DNA of 64,000 bases from an uncultured Christensenellaceae bacterium (lineage in GTDB: Bacteria; Bacillota; Clostridia; Christensenellales; UBA3700): the NCBI GenBank assembly GCA_944376205.1, contig CALWBV010000006.1, forward strand, positions 7,868-71,867. The letters run 5' to 3'. Under the pieces are notes generated by a model. That model was not told the DNA's origin, made no database searches, and saw only the letters and a program-made list of their open reading frames with translations. Positions 55,420 to 64,000 of this stretch are shown here, piece by piece. The translations under genes were made by a program, and so were the position numbers. Position 1 is the stretch's first letter. Every line of letters begins with the position of its first letter.

Positions 55420-55960
55420 ACAATATCCGCTTGTCTTTGTAGGCAAGTCGGTAAGAATAACAAAATAAATTATAGTGCTGTCGGCTTGTAAAAAATTCAG
55501 CTGCGTACTGGGAATTTTTCGAAGATTTGTTCGTACCGCTATTCAACGGCGCAGATAAGATTTGAGAGGCACATCTTATGTCTGTTATTTTGTTGAGGCG
55601 CTTGACAATACGGCAAGTATTGCCGTCGCACCTCGCCGCATAACAGACGCAATCTGCACTTCTCAAATTGCAAGCCCCGTATAATACGGCTTATCCTTGC
55701 CGTTTCGTATCGGTAGTTGAGAAGGAAGAAGTAATACTTGCTGTATTACGATGACAACGAAACAAAAAACATAAAGCTTTAATGAATAAATCCGATTGCC
55801 TTTGTAGGCAAGTCGGTAAGAATAACAAAATAAATTATAGTGCTGTCGGCTTGTAAAAAATTCAGCTGCGGGCAGAGAATTTTTCGAATATTTTTGTTGA
55901 GAAGGACGAAGTAATACTGGATGTATTTCGAGGACGACGAAACAAAAAGACCGGAAAAGG
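55420..55960 (+). repeat. Direct duplication (365-bp offset) in the region upstream of the GH27 gene
   Basis: A module of about 105 nt, ...TTTGTAGGCAAGTCGGTAAGAATAACAAAATAAATTATAGTGCTGTCGGCTTGTAAAAAATTCAGCTGCG..GAATTTTTCGAA, occurs at about 55426-55530 and about 55791-55895. A second module, GTTGAGAAGGA(A/C)GAAGTAATACT...ACGAAACAAAAA, occurs at about 55706-55770 and about 55895-55950. Confidence 0.85.
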
Positions 55961-56010
55961 CACGTCCGCAACAAATTTTTTCGCAAGCCGACGGCACGGG
56001 GAGAAAAACA

Positions 56011-57633
56011 ATGAAAAGGAACGGTATGTGTCCTGCGTGCTATCTCAAGATGCTTTTGACACCCGGCAAAAGAACGGCTACGCTTGACCTCGGAGAAAAG
56101 TATGACAACGGCGTTGCGCTCACTCCGCCTATGGGCTGGGCAAGCTGGAATACTTTCCGCAACAATATAGACGAGGATCTTATTCTCGACACGGCTAAAG
56201 CCATGGTTGAAAAAGGACTGAAAGACGCAGGCTACGTATATGTAAATATGGACGACTGCTGGCAATCCAATCTGCGTGACGAAAACGGCGAAATGCAAGG
56301 CGATATGGTACGTTTCCGCCACGGCATTCCCGCACTTGTCAACAAGATAAACGACCTCGGTCTCAAAGCGGGTATTTATTCTTCCAACGGTACTCTTACC
56401 TGCGAGGACTTGCCTGCAAGTCTCAACAACGAAGAACGAGACGCAATGACCTTTGCAAAATGGGGTATAGAATACTTCAAGTACGATTTCTGCCACAACG
56501 AGAGAATGAGTTCGTATGCGCCTTTGGTATATGCGATAAGTATCGCTCCTCAAGGAGAAAGCGAAAGTCAAGTCATTCCCTGCAAACAGGCGAAACTCGA
56601 CGGACTTGCAAAATTCATGCCCGACGACAAGCTTGAGGGCGGATACTATATTTCCGGTCTCGATAAGGCAAGAGGTACTGCCGTATTCGACAACGTTTAC
56701 GCCGAAGAAGACGGCGAATACGTGCTTACGATTTGCGTCAAGAAAAAGGGCTGGTACAAGAAAACTCTCGTCGTCAAAGTCAACGGCAAAAACTATATTT
56801 ATGATTTCCCCCAGCAAAAGTGGTTCAACCTTACCGCACGTTTCCAACAGACCGTAACGCTCAAAAAAGGTATCAATACCGTGGAGCTTTGCAATCCTGT
56901 CGCAACACGTGCAGACTCGTCGGCTCTTCAATACTACAAGATGGGACAAGCCCTCAAAAAAGCTACGGCGAAAGTCGCAAAGGACAGCGGACAAAAAGAA
57001 AAGCCCATCGTATTTTCTATCTGCGAATGGGGTTTCAACAAGCCTTACAAGTGGGGCGCAAAAGCCGGCAATCTCTGGCGTACAACTCCCGACATACGCC
57101 CTATATGGCCTTGGATAGTAATACTCTATAAACACACTTCCAAGCTCTATAAATACTCTTCTGTCGGCGCATGGAACGATCCCGACATGTTGGAGGTCGG
57201 CAACGGCAAACTCACCTATGATCAAAACAAGTCTCACTTCAGTGTATGGTGTATGCTCAATGCGCCTTTGATTCTCGGCAACGATTTGAGAAGCATGAAG
57301 CAGGACGTAATAGACATCATTACGAACAAAAACATGATAGCCATCAATCAGGATCCCTTGGGAAAACAGGCAAAAGTCCTCAAACGCGGACGTGTAGACG
57401 TACTTGCAAAACCTCTCGCAAACGGCAAAACCGCAATCTGTTTCTTCAACAAATCCAAAGGCAAAAAGACTGTTGCGTTCAACCTGCAAAAAGCCGTGGA
57501 CGACGAATACGTAGCTATGAACAGAAAAGACAAATATACCCTTACCGAACAGTGGACAGGCGAAACTCTCGAAACAGACGGCAAAGTAAAAGTCAAACTC
57601 AACAGCTATCAGGTACTCGTTTATATAGTATAG
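56011..57633 (+). CDS. Alpha-galactosidase (GH27)
   Basis: LTPPMGWASWNTF, YVNMDDCWQ and FKYDFC motifs. Start at the ATG 6 nt after GGGGAGA. The ORF track starts at 55921. Confidence 0.9.
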   Translation: MKRNGMCPACYLKMLLTPGKRTATLDLGEKYDNGVALTPPMGWASWNTFRNNIDEDLILDTAKAMVEKGLKDAGYVYVNMDDCWQSNLRDENGEMQGDMVRFRHGIPALVNKINDLGLKAGIYSSNGTLTCEDLPASLNNEERDAMTFAKWGIEYFKYDFCHNERMSSYAPLVYAISIAPQGESESQVIPCKQAKLDGLAKFMPDDKLEGGYYISGLDKARGTAVFDNVYAEEDGEYVLTICVKKKGWYKKTLVVKVNGKNYIYDFPQQKWFNLTARFQQTVTLKKGINTVELCNPVATRADSSALQYYKMGQALKKATAKVAKDSGQKEKPIVFSICEWGFNKPYKWGAKAGNLWRTTPDIRPIWPWIVILYKHTSKLYKYSSVGAWNDPDMLEVGNGKLTYDQNKSHFSVWCMLNAPLILGNDLRSMKQDVIDIITNKNMIAINQDPLGKQAKVLKRGRVDVLAKPLANGKTAICFFNKSKGKKTVAFNLQKAVDDEYVAMNRKDKYTLTEQWTGETLETDGKVKVKLNSYQVLVYIV

Positions 57634-57667
57634 TCTATAGCTTAAGAAAAGAGAAATTACCGACAAA

Positions 57668-57696
57668 AAGGCTTGCAAAAACGCAAGCCTTTTTTG
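57668..57696 (+). terminator. Rho-independent terminator after the GH27 gene
   Basis: AAGGCTTGCAAAAACGCAAGCCTT followed by TTTTT. Confidence 0.85.
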
Positions 57697-57787
57697 ATTT
57701 TATATAAACTGCCACAAGAAATATCAATGGCTGTTTTTCCCTTACCTTTCCTCGCAGAGAATAAATATGCCCCGCAATAATACATAC

Positions 57788-58277
57788 TTCTTGCAAGCAC
57801 AGAATAGTTGCAGAATAGCGACTTTGAAGAGAGTTCGTGAGCGGAGCTTACTAGACAAAATCGCAAATATGCACCGCTACATTAACAACTTCGTGCGACC
57901 TTGGAGAAGGGGGCGATTTTTTCTTTTTCAAGACCGACTACGACAGGAGCGTACTTGCCGTACGTGACTGAGTAGGAGCGTCGAAGATAAAAGGAAAAGG
58001 CGTGCCACTAAATTACCAACTTTGTGCAAGCACGGAGAGTGGTGTGATTTTGCGAATTTTAAGAGAGTTCGCGAGCGGAGCATACTTTGCGTATGTAACT
58101 GAGCGCAAGCGTCGCAGATAAAGGCAAAAGATGTACTTACCCACTTCGTGCGACCTTGGAGAAAGGTGTAGAGTTGGCTTTTTCAAGGTCGCCCGTAAAG
58201 GAGCGTACTAGACGTACGTGACTGCAGCGGGCGTACCGCTGACAAAAGTCAAATATGCGCCCTTATACAAGGTCGCC
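57788..58277 (+). repeat. Intergenic repeat family, four tandem units alternating two head subtypes and ending at the gdh stop codon
   Basis: The heads are TTCTTGCAAGCACAGAATAGTTG (subtype 2), AACTTCGTGCGACCTTGGAGAAGGGGG (subtype 1), AACTTTGTGCAAGCACGGAGAGTGGTG (subtype 2) and CACTTCGTGCGACCTTGGAGAAAGGTG (subtype 1). The last unit ends ...AAATATGCGCCCTTATACAAGGTCGCC at 58277. Confidence 0.9.
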
Positions 58278-59531
58278 TTAAGGGAAGAGACCACGCTTCC
58301 TCTTCGCAGTACAAATCCTCTCGATAGCAACGGCGTAAGCCGCAATACGGTAACTCAATTTATGCTCTTTTGCTTTGTTGTAGACATCGTCGAACGCACG
58401 GGACATAACTTTGTAGAGAGTATTGTTGACGTCGTTTTCGTCCCAGGTCAGCGACTGGAGATTCTGCACCCATTCGCAATAAGAAACTACTACGCCGCCG
58501 GCATTGGAAAGAACGTCGGGAAGCACCGTAATATTGCGCTCGGCAAGTATCTTATCCGCATCGACCGTCGTGGGACCGTTGGCGGCTTCGATGACTATTT
58601 TACACTTCAAGTCGGAAGCTATCTCCGCCGTGATCTGATTTTCGAGTGCTGCGGGAATAAGTATGTCGCAAGGCGCTGTAAGCACTTCTCTGTTGGTGAC
58701 GTGACGAGCGTCATTATCGGTATAATCTTTCAAAAGATTTTTAGCTTTTACAAACTTGTATATCTTGGGTATGTCGAGTCCGTCGGGATTATACAGTCCG
58801 CCCGATACATCGGCAACCGCTACGATTTTGCAACCTTTTTGATAGAGCAGTTTCGCTGCCGTCGAGCCTACGTTTCCCATACCCTGTATGCTTATCTTCA
58901 CATCCTTTGGAGAGATGTTGTTTTTCTCGAGCATTTTGAGCGTAACTATCATTATGCCTCTGCCCGTCGCCTCGGGTCTTCCAAGCGAGCCGCCTACTTC
59001 GAGGGACTTGCCCGTAACGACTCCGTGCACGGTGTATCCTCTCGTCATCGAATAGGTATCCATTATCCAATCCATGACCTGTGCATTGGTGCCTACGTCG
59101 GGTGCAGGTATATCCTTTTCCGGTCCGAGAATAGGAAAAATCATTGCGGTATAACGTCTTGTAAGCCTTTCGAGTTCGCTCACGGACAGCGTCGAAGGAT
59201 TGACCTTGATTGCGCCCTTGGCTCCGCCGTAAGGAATATTGACGACGGCACACTTAAAACTCATCCATGCGGCAAGCGCCTTGACTTCGTCAATGTTGAC
59301 GTCCTGATGATATCTTATACCGCCCTTGCAAGGACCTCTCGATGTGCTGTGTTGCACTCTGTACCCTTCAAAAACTCTTATCGAACCGTCGTCCATTCTG
59401 ATAGGTACGCTGACTTTGAGTTCTCTCTCGGGATACTTGATAAGCACGTAGTCTTCTTCACGCATGCCTATGGATTTTGCGGCTTGATCGAGTACCGCAA
59501 GAAAGTTGTCATAGGGATTGTACTTTGCCAT
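58278..59531 (-). CDS. gdh: Glutamate dehydrogenase (Glu/Leu/Phe/Val dehydrogenase family)
   Basis: CKGGIRYHQDVNIDEVKALAAWMSFKCAVVNIPYGGAKGAI (catalytic Lys region) and the Rossmann motif IQGMGNVG. Confidence 0.93.
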   Translation of the reverse strand: MAKYNPYDNFLAVLDQAAKSIGMREEDYVLIKYPERELKVSVPIRMDDGSIRVFEGYRVQHSTSRGPCKGGIRYHQDVNIDEVKALAAWMSFKCAVVNIPYGGAKGAIKVNPSTLSVSELERLTRRYTAMIFPILGPEKDIPAPDVGTNAQVMDWIMDTYSMTRGYTVHGVVTGKSLEVGGSLGRPEATGRGIMIVTLKMLEKNNISPKDVKISIQGMGNVGSTAAKLLYQKGCKIVAVADVSGGLYNPDGLDIPKIYKFVKAKNLLKDYTDNDARHVTNREVLTAPCDILIPAALENQITAEIASDLKCKIVIEAANGPTTVDADKILAERNITVLPDVLSNAGGVVVSYCEWVQNLQSLTWDENDVNNTLYKVMSRAFDDVYNKAKEHKLSYRIAAYAVAIERICTAKRKRGLFP

Positions 59532-59724
59532 ATGTGCCTCCTTATCATATATTCAATTCAAGTTTAGCACATAAAAATCCGCCTTTCAACAGTCATTTGC
59601 GATAATAGACAAAAGCGGCAAAATAGTATTGCAAATAGGTGCGTTTGTTAAATTTTTTGCGTATAAGCCGCTTAATCGAATATGCGTTAATATATGCGAG
59701 ACTTTGAGCAATAGGAAATCTTAA

Positions 59725-59756
59725 CAAAAAAATACCGCCGCATAATGCGGCGGCGC
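59725..59756 (-). terminator. Rho-independent terminator after the 211-aa gene
   Basis: The minus strand reads CGCCGCCGCATTATGCGGCGG followed by TATTTTTT. Confidence 0.8.
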
Positions 59757-59779
59757 TTATCTGCACATTGACGATTATA

Positions 59780-60415
59780 TTATGCGATATTGTCCAATAT
59801 CAACTGAACGGCGTCTTTAGCGGCGCTGTCGATTTGCGACATAGTCGCATCGTCGAGAATAAGAATATACATATTGGCCCAAAGCCCGCCTTTTCCGTTC
59901 TCGTTTTGACGTACAAACAAGGATATATCGGCAACTCCTGCCGTAGTCGTATCCAAAGCGTAAGAATATTTGTATGCCCCGTATTCTTTCAATGTACCGT
60001 ATTGCTTATAAGAGTTTTTGTCATACTCTGCTTTTACGTCCGTCAAGGTCATATTGTCGGCAAGTTCGGTTTGAGGTTTCAGCTCGATATGATAGCGTAC
60101 CGCTACCTCGTCGTAGCCCGTAACTTTACCTTCTTTTTGCGTCTTATTCGGCGCCTTGCCGAAGTCTATAAACTTGTAATCCTGTATATAGTTTTCCTCG
60201 ATAAATGAATCCTTGAGATACATTGCGTCGTCGCCGAATACCGTCTTGATTTCAGAATAGTCGGCAACTTCGAAAATACCGTCTCCGTAAGTCGTTGCGT
60301 AAACACTTCGCTGATAAACCGATATGCCTATTGCAATTGCCGCTATAAACAAAATACCGACTATACATACGGGTACGGCAATTGCTATCTTTTTCTTGGT
60401 AGTTAAATTGCTCAT
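59780..60415 (-). CDS. Hypothetical membrane-anchored extracytoplasmic protein
   Basis: 211 aa. Single N-terminal TM segment (IAIAVPVCIVGILFIAAIAIGISVY). No family recognised. Confidence 0.6.
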   Translation of the reverse strand: MSNLTTKKKIAIAVPVCIVGILFIAAIAIGISVYQRSVYATTYGDGIFEVADYSEIKTVFGDDAMYLKDSFIEENYIQDYKFIDFGKAPNKTQKEGKVTGYDEVAVRYHIELKPQTELADNMTLTDVKAEYDKNSYKQYGTLKEYGAYKYSYALDTTTAGVADISLFVRQNENGKGGLWANMYILILDDATMSQIDSAAKDAVQLILDNIA

Positions 60416-60620
60416 AATCAGGCTCCTTCAAAGTCGTTTTTCTTCTGTAATAATTATACAGGATAAATTACGGTTGTACAATACGCTCTCTGAATAAAAG
60501 TGATATTAACCTAAAATCGCCGTAAGTTTTGAACGATGAATTGTATTTTTTATAAATTACCTAACAAGAGTTGCTTTCGCAAAAAGCAAAAACAACTCTT
60601 CGATTTATCTGTCTGTGACC

Positions 60621-62963
60621 TTATCTGCAAATTCTTCTCAATTCTTTTATCGGGCCCGACATATCTTCACTCATATGCGGTATATGCGCCTCTCTGTCCT
60701 TTAACAATCCCTTGAAAAGCTTTGTCTTTACATGAGTCTTGAGCTGATACTTGGATATAAGATTGACAAGTTCTTCAAAGTATTCGCCGTTTTGTTTATG
60801 CTCGCATTTTTCAAGTACGACTTTGACGGGGTTGCCGTCATACTCTATCTCTACGCAGTCGGGATTTGCCTTTTCCCGTTTGCCGTCAACAAAAACTTTT
60901 GCACTTTCTATATCCCTGAATACGAGAGAGAATTTGCGGGGTTTGGCAATAAGTTTTGTATCACCTGTAGAGGATATTACCAAGGTGATTTTGTCTCCTT
61001 CTTCTTTCATTCTGAACGTCGTAAAACACTGTTTGCCATTGAGGTACTTCAAGGTCTCTCCGTCGTCCTCGTAAAGAGTAAATTCGCCGTCCCCTCTATA
61101 AAACCATACCTCCAAAGGCTGATTGAGAGAAACGTCGTTGCTCTCGCAGTCAAGATACATAGGAATTACGGCGCCTGCTTTTGCGAATACGGGAATATCC
61201 TCTATATCACGGTAAACCGTGTACGATCCGCTCTCGTATATCCTGCCCGTGAAAATGTCCGTATATCTTTCCCCTTCGGGTACAAAAAGTTTTGCACCCG
61301 CAAGTTTGGTCTTTGCGCTCGTATGTGAGGTTATCGGAGCGCAAACGAGTTGAGTGCCGAACGAATACTGATTTTTGACTTCGTAAGCCTCTTTGCAGTC
61401 GTATGAATAATACATAGGCTCGCAAAGCGCTCTGCCCTCGGTATGCGTAAGATAATTTATAGAATACAAATAGGGTATGAGTTTGTGTCTCAAACGCAAA
61501 TAGTTCCCGGCGCAACGCTCGGTTTCTTTGGAGCATTTCCAAGGCTCTTTCCCCATAAATTCGTTGCTTGTAGAATGCAGTCTGTTGATAGGACTGAATA
61601 CTCCGAACTCAAGCCATCTCAAATACAATTCGTCATCCTTGTAACCCATATGATGTCCGCCTATATCGTGACTCCACCAACTGTAACCTACGTTTGTCGC
61701 AGTCGAGGTCATATACGGCTGAAAATCGAGTACCTGCCAATTGATTGCGCTGTCTCCGCTGAAGCCGAGAGGATAACGGTGACTTCCTATACCCGCATAT
61801 CTGGACAGTATGAGCGCACGCTTGCCCTCGTCGCATTGGTCCAAGGTATGGTAATGATTGAGCGCCCACAATGGGTCAAGACCTTGTATATCGCTGCGTG
61901 TGCCCTGTTGCCAGTCTATCCACCAAAAACGCACTCCCTCGTCCTCGTAAGGGCGCAAAAGCACGTCAAAATACGCTTTGGTGTATTCCTTGCTCTTGAG
62001 CGAAAACTTTACTGGCGCTTTGTCGGAGGGGTCTTGCCCTACCGCTTTGCAAAACTCGTCGTACTTGTCCTCAAAAAATCTCACTCCCTGCGCAGGATGC
62101 AAGTTGAGCGTAACCTTGAAGTTTCTGTCGTTGAGCCACTTCAAAAGCTCTTTGTAATCGGGAAACAATTCCGTATTCCAACTGTAACCAGTCCAACCGG
62201 GCATACCGCCGTAAATGAGTTTGTCTTTTAAGCTGTTAAAATAGAATACGCCCGCTTCTTTGCCGAATCTTTCAACGACTTTTACCCAGTGCCAATCCAT
62301 ATCTATCGTCGCTACCGTAACAGGGATTTTTCTGTCGATAAACTCCTGCATGAGTTTGCGGTATTCTTCCTGCGTATAAGCCTTGTATCTGCTCCACCAG
62401 TTGCCGAGTGCAAACCTCGGTATAAGCGGAGTATATCCCGTCAATTCGTAAAGCGCACGAATACATTCTCTGTAATTGTTGCCGTATGCAAAATAATAGA
62501 TATCTTTGCACTTTGCTCTGGGCAGAATGTCATCGCCTTTCAATATGAGAGATTTTGAATCGTCGAATACAGCAACGCCGTTTTTGGAGACGAGTCCTCG
62601 AGACAGTTTCACCGCACCGAAAGTCATATCGAGAGTACGTCTCGTCCCCCTCAAATTGCCCTTGTGAAAATTTTTAATCTCTCTGCCGTCGGCAAGAATT
62701 ATTTTGATTATCTTCTTTGCTTTAACGTCAAAAAAGAATGTCGTTTTCTCGGTGACTATTCGCCATATTTTACCATTTTTTTCCACCTTGAAAGAAGGCT
62801 CATCCCATGCTCTGTACCACACGCTTTGTGTCGCTTCGTCACATGTCTCGCCCCTCTCCACTCTCACCAGATAAGGCGTTAAAACGCTGATGCGAAAGCC
62901 CTCTCCCGAAATAATCTGCGACTCTTTGCTTTTGCTCTTTGTCTCAACAAAAAATCTGTCCAT
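60621..62963 (-). CDS. Glycoside hydrolase family 31
   Basis: IPVTVATIDMDWH, VRFWWIDWQQG (nucleophile region), GFSGDSAINWQVL and WWSHDIGGH blocks. Start at the ATG 4 nt after GGGAGGG (MDRFFVE). Confidence 0.85.
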   Translation of the reverse strand: MDRFFVETKSKSKESQIISGEGFRISVLTPYLVRVERGETCDEATQSVWYRAWDEPSFKVEKNGKIWRIVTEKTTFFFDVKAKKIIKIILADGREIKNFHKGNLRGTRRTLDMTFGAVKLSRGLVSKNGVAVFDDSKSLILKGDDILPRAKCKDIYYFAYGNNYRECIRALYELTGYTPLIPRFALGNWWSRYKAYTQEEYRKLMQEFIDRKIPVTVATIDMDWHWVKVVERFGKEAGVFYFNSLKDKLIYGGMPGWTGYSWNTELFPDYKELLKWLNDRNFKVTLNLHPAQGVRFFEDKYDEFCKAVGQDPSDKAPVKFSLKSKEYTKAYFDVLLRPYEDEGVRFWWIDWQQGTRSDIQGLDPLWALNHYHTLDQCDEGKRALILSRYAGIGSHRYPLGFSGDSAINWQVLDFQPYMTSTATNVGYSWWSHDIGGHHMGYKDDELYLRWLEFGVFSPINRLHSTSNEFMGKEPWKCSKETERCAGNYLRLRHKLIPYLYSINYLTHTEGRALCEPMYYSYDCKEAYEVKNQYSFGTQLVCAPITSHTSAKTKLAGAKLFVPEGERYTDIFTGRIYESGSYTVYRDIEDIPVFAKAGAVIPMYLDCESNDVSLNQPLEVWFYRGDGEFTLYEDDGETLKYLNGKQCFTTFRMKEEGDKITLVISSTGDTKLIAKPRKFSLVFRDIESAKVFVDGKREKANPDCVEIEYDGNPVKVVLEKCEHKQNGEYFEELVNLISKYQLKTHVKTKLFKGLLKDREAHIPHMSEDMSGPIKELRRICR

Positions 62964-62991
62964 GAATCCCTCCCTATCATGATGTTTCATA

Positions 62992-63426
62992 TCATATCTT
63001 CTTTACAAAACATATTATCCTGTTTGCTTCGTCAAAACCTGTCGCCATGTGAAAACGCCTGCTTTCTTCGTTATGCAATTCGCAGTCGCTCGCAAATTCT
63101 TTGCATCCCTTTTCCTTTGCCCATTCTTCACACGCTTTTATCAACTCTCTTGCCAGGCCTTTATTTCTATATTCGGGCTTTATGAAAATTCCTTCGAGAT
63201 ACCCCACGGGACTCGTAGCGGTTCCCTCGACATAATCGCTCCTTAACGAACATTCCGCAAAGCCTGCGGCTTGCCCCTGTAAGCTCGCTAAAAAAATAGT
63301 TACGTTTTTACCCCTCAAGCTATGCGAAAATATTTCTTCCAATTCTCCCTCGTCCGCATCTTGCCAAAGCGCTTTATACAAGCTCAACGTTATTTCTTTA
63401 TCCTTTGTTTCTGCCTTTCTTACCAT
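62992..63426 (-). CDS. GNAT N-acetyltransferase, AAC(6')-like
   Basis: YLEGIFIKPEYRNKGLARELIKACEEWAKEKGCKEFASDCELHNEESRRFHMATGFDE resembles the aminoglycoside 6'-N-acetyltransferase subgroup. The substrate is not established. Confidence 0.75.
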   Translation of the reverse strand: MVRKAETKDKEITLSLYKALWQDADEGELEEIFSHSLRGKNVTIFLASLQGQAAGFAECSLRSDYVEGTATSPVGYLEGIFIKPEYRNKGLARELIKACEEWAKEKGCKEFASDCELHNEESRRFHMATGFDEANRIICFVKKI

Positions 63427-63433
63427 GATATTA

Positions 63434-64000
63434 TCAGATTGCATTCTTCTTGCCTTTTTTCTTTTTGATAAATATGATCACTGCGGCTATCGCTCCCCCC
63501 GTCAGCAATACCCCTGCCGTTATGCCCGTAGCCAAAAGCGCAGTATATGTTTTTTCGTAATCCTTGAATTCAGATGGATCTTGAATGTAAGGTGAATAAT
63601 TTTCGTTTTGCCATACCTCAACGCTCTTTATTCTGAAATCCGTCGAGCCGTCGTCTGCGTTTTCAAAAGTGCCTATCTTCTGCCCGTACGGACCGTATGT
63701 TGTATCTCTTATTTCGACGGTCAGTCTCAAAAACTCCTCTACTCTCGACACTCCGCCCGCATCTGTAGTCCATACCGCATTGTCGTCTACGTAAAATACG
63801 TAATGTTCGGGAGTCCAAAGCAACGCATATTTGTGATATTCCCCGTCGTATAAATCGTATCCCACGTCCGTCACATGGTCGACACAGCGGTACCACGGCG
63901 CATCGTAGGCGTCGTAATGCAATGCGTTGCCCGTCTCGGTACGGTTTTTCTGATGGAAAGACGATTCGTATATGTCTATCTCGGTAGTGTCTTTTCCGCC
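63434..64000 (-). CDS. GH16-like glycoside hydrolase, C-terminal part with a C-terminal TM anchor (N-terminus beyond the right window edge)
   Basis: The frame is open to position 64000. My translation of the last 78 nt gives GGKDTTEIDIYESSFHQ, which contains the GH16 catalytic E-x-D-x-x-E motif (EIDIYE). The protein ends with a hydrophobic anchor and KKKKGKKNAI. Confidence 0.7.
   Translation of the reverse strand, partial: GGKDTTEIDIYESSFHQKNRTETGNALHYDAYDAPWYRCVDHVTDVGYDLYDGEYHKYALLWTPEHYVFYVDDNAVWTTDAGGVSRVEEFLRLTVEIRDTTYGPYGQKIGTFENADDGSTDFRIKSVEVWQNENYSPYIQDPSEFKDYEKTYTALLATGITAGVLLTGGAIAAVIIFIKKKKGKKNAI

Noticed and set aside
55420-55960. Possibility that the duplicated modules are a DGR template/variable repeat pair
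   Set aside because: There is no reverse transcriptase gene nearby. Neither copy lies in a coding region, and the mismatches between copies are not adenine-specific.
55663-57678. 671-aa minus-strand ORF, the largest in this region
   Set aside because: It is codon-aligned antisense to the GH27 alpha-galactosidase gene. It is Phe/Val/Cys/Arg-rich and has no recognisable motif. Its 5' part runs through the duplicated non-coding modules.
58218-59567. 449-aa plus-strand ORF
   Set aside because: It is a shadow of gdh on the opposite strand, and its N-terminus is translated from repeat-family sequence.

Overview
This window reads as a chromosomal segment of a spore-forming, Clostridia-like Firmicute. 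Supporting genes are the mrnC-thyX-sigH locus, a CwlD-like amidase and a BclA-like collagen protein. I support about 55 protein genes. They cover housekeeping functions (plsY, rsmI, rlmB, lepB, gap, fba, gdh, thyX, birA-bioY, queT, pnuC), glycoside hydrolases (GH20, GH29, GH27, GH31, GH16), peptidases and several orphan membrane proteins and lipoproteins. I recognised no rRNA, tRNA, CRISPR array, transposase, prophage or defence-gene cluster by eye. I could not scan for tRNAs rigorously.

The most unusual content is non-coding. A family of structured repeat units of about 130-165 nt fills eight intergenic loci (about 20 full or partial units, roughly 2.8 kb). The units usually start within a few nt of a stop codon. 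At three loci they are arranged as inverted arrays facing a conserved 39-nt perfect AT-rich hairpin. I do not recognise this family, and it is my best candidate for something undescribed.

Other notable items:
- Paired TTTTGTACAAAA palindromes sit in front of three neighbouring transcription units, including queT.
- A trio of perfect DnaA boxes lies away from any dnaA gene.
- The pnuC leader has a terminator/antiterminator layout that I cannot classify.
- A kinase is translationally coupled to a catalytic and a metal-site-altered class II aldolase.
- Two tandem paralogous lipoproteins are present.
- Two giant repeat-rich membrane proteins are present.

All coordinates were counted by hand and no database search was run. 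Family calls rest on motifs I can read in the translations.
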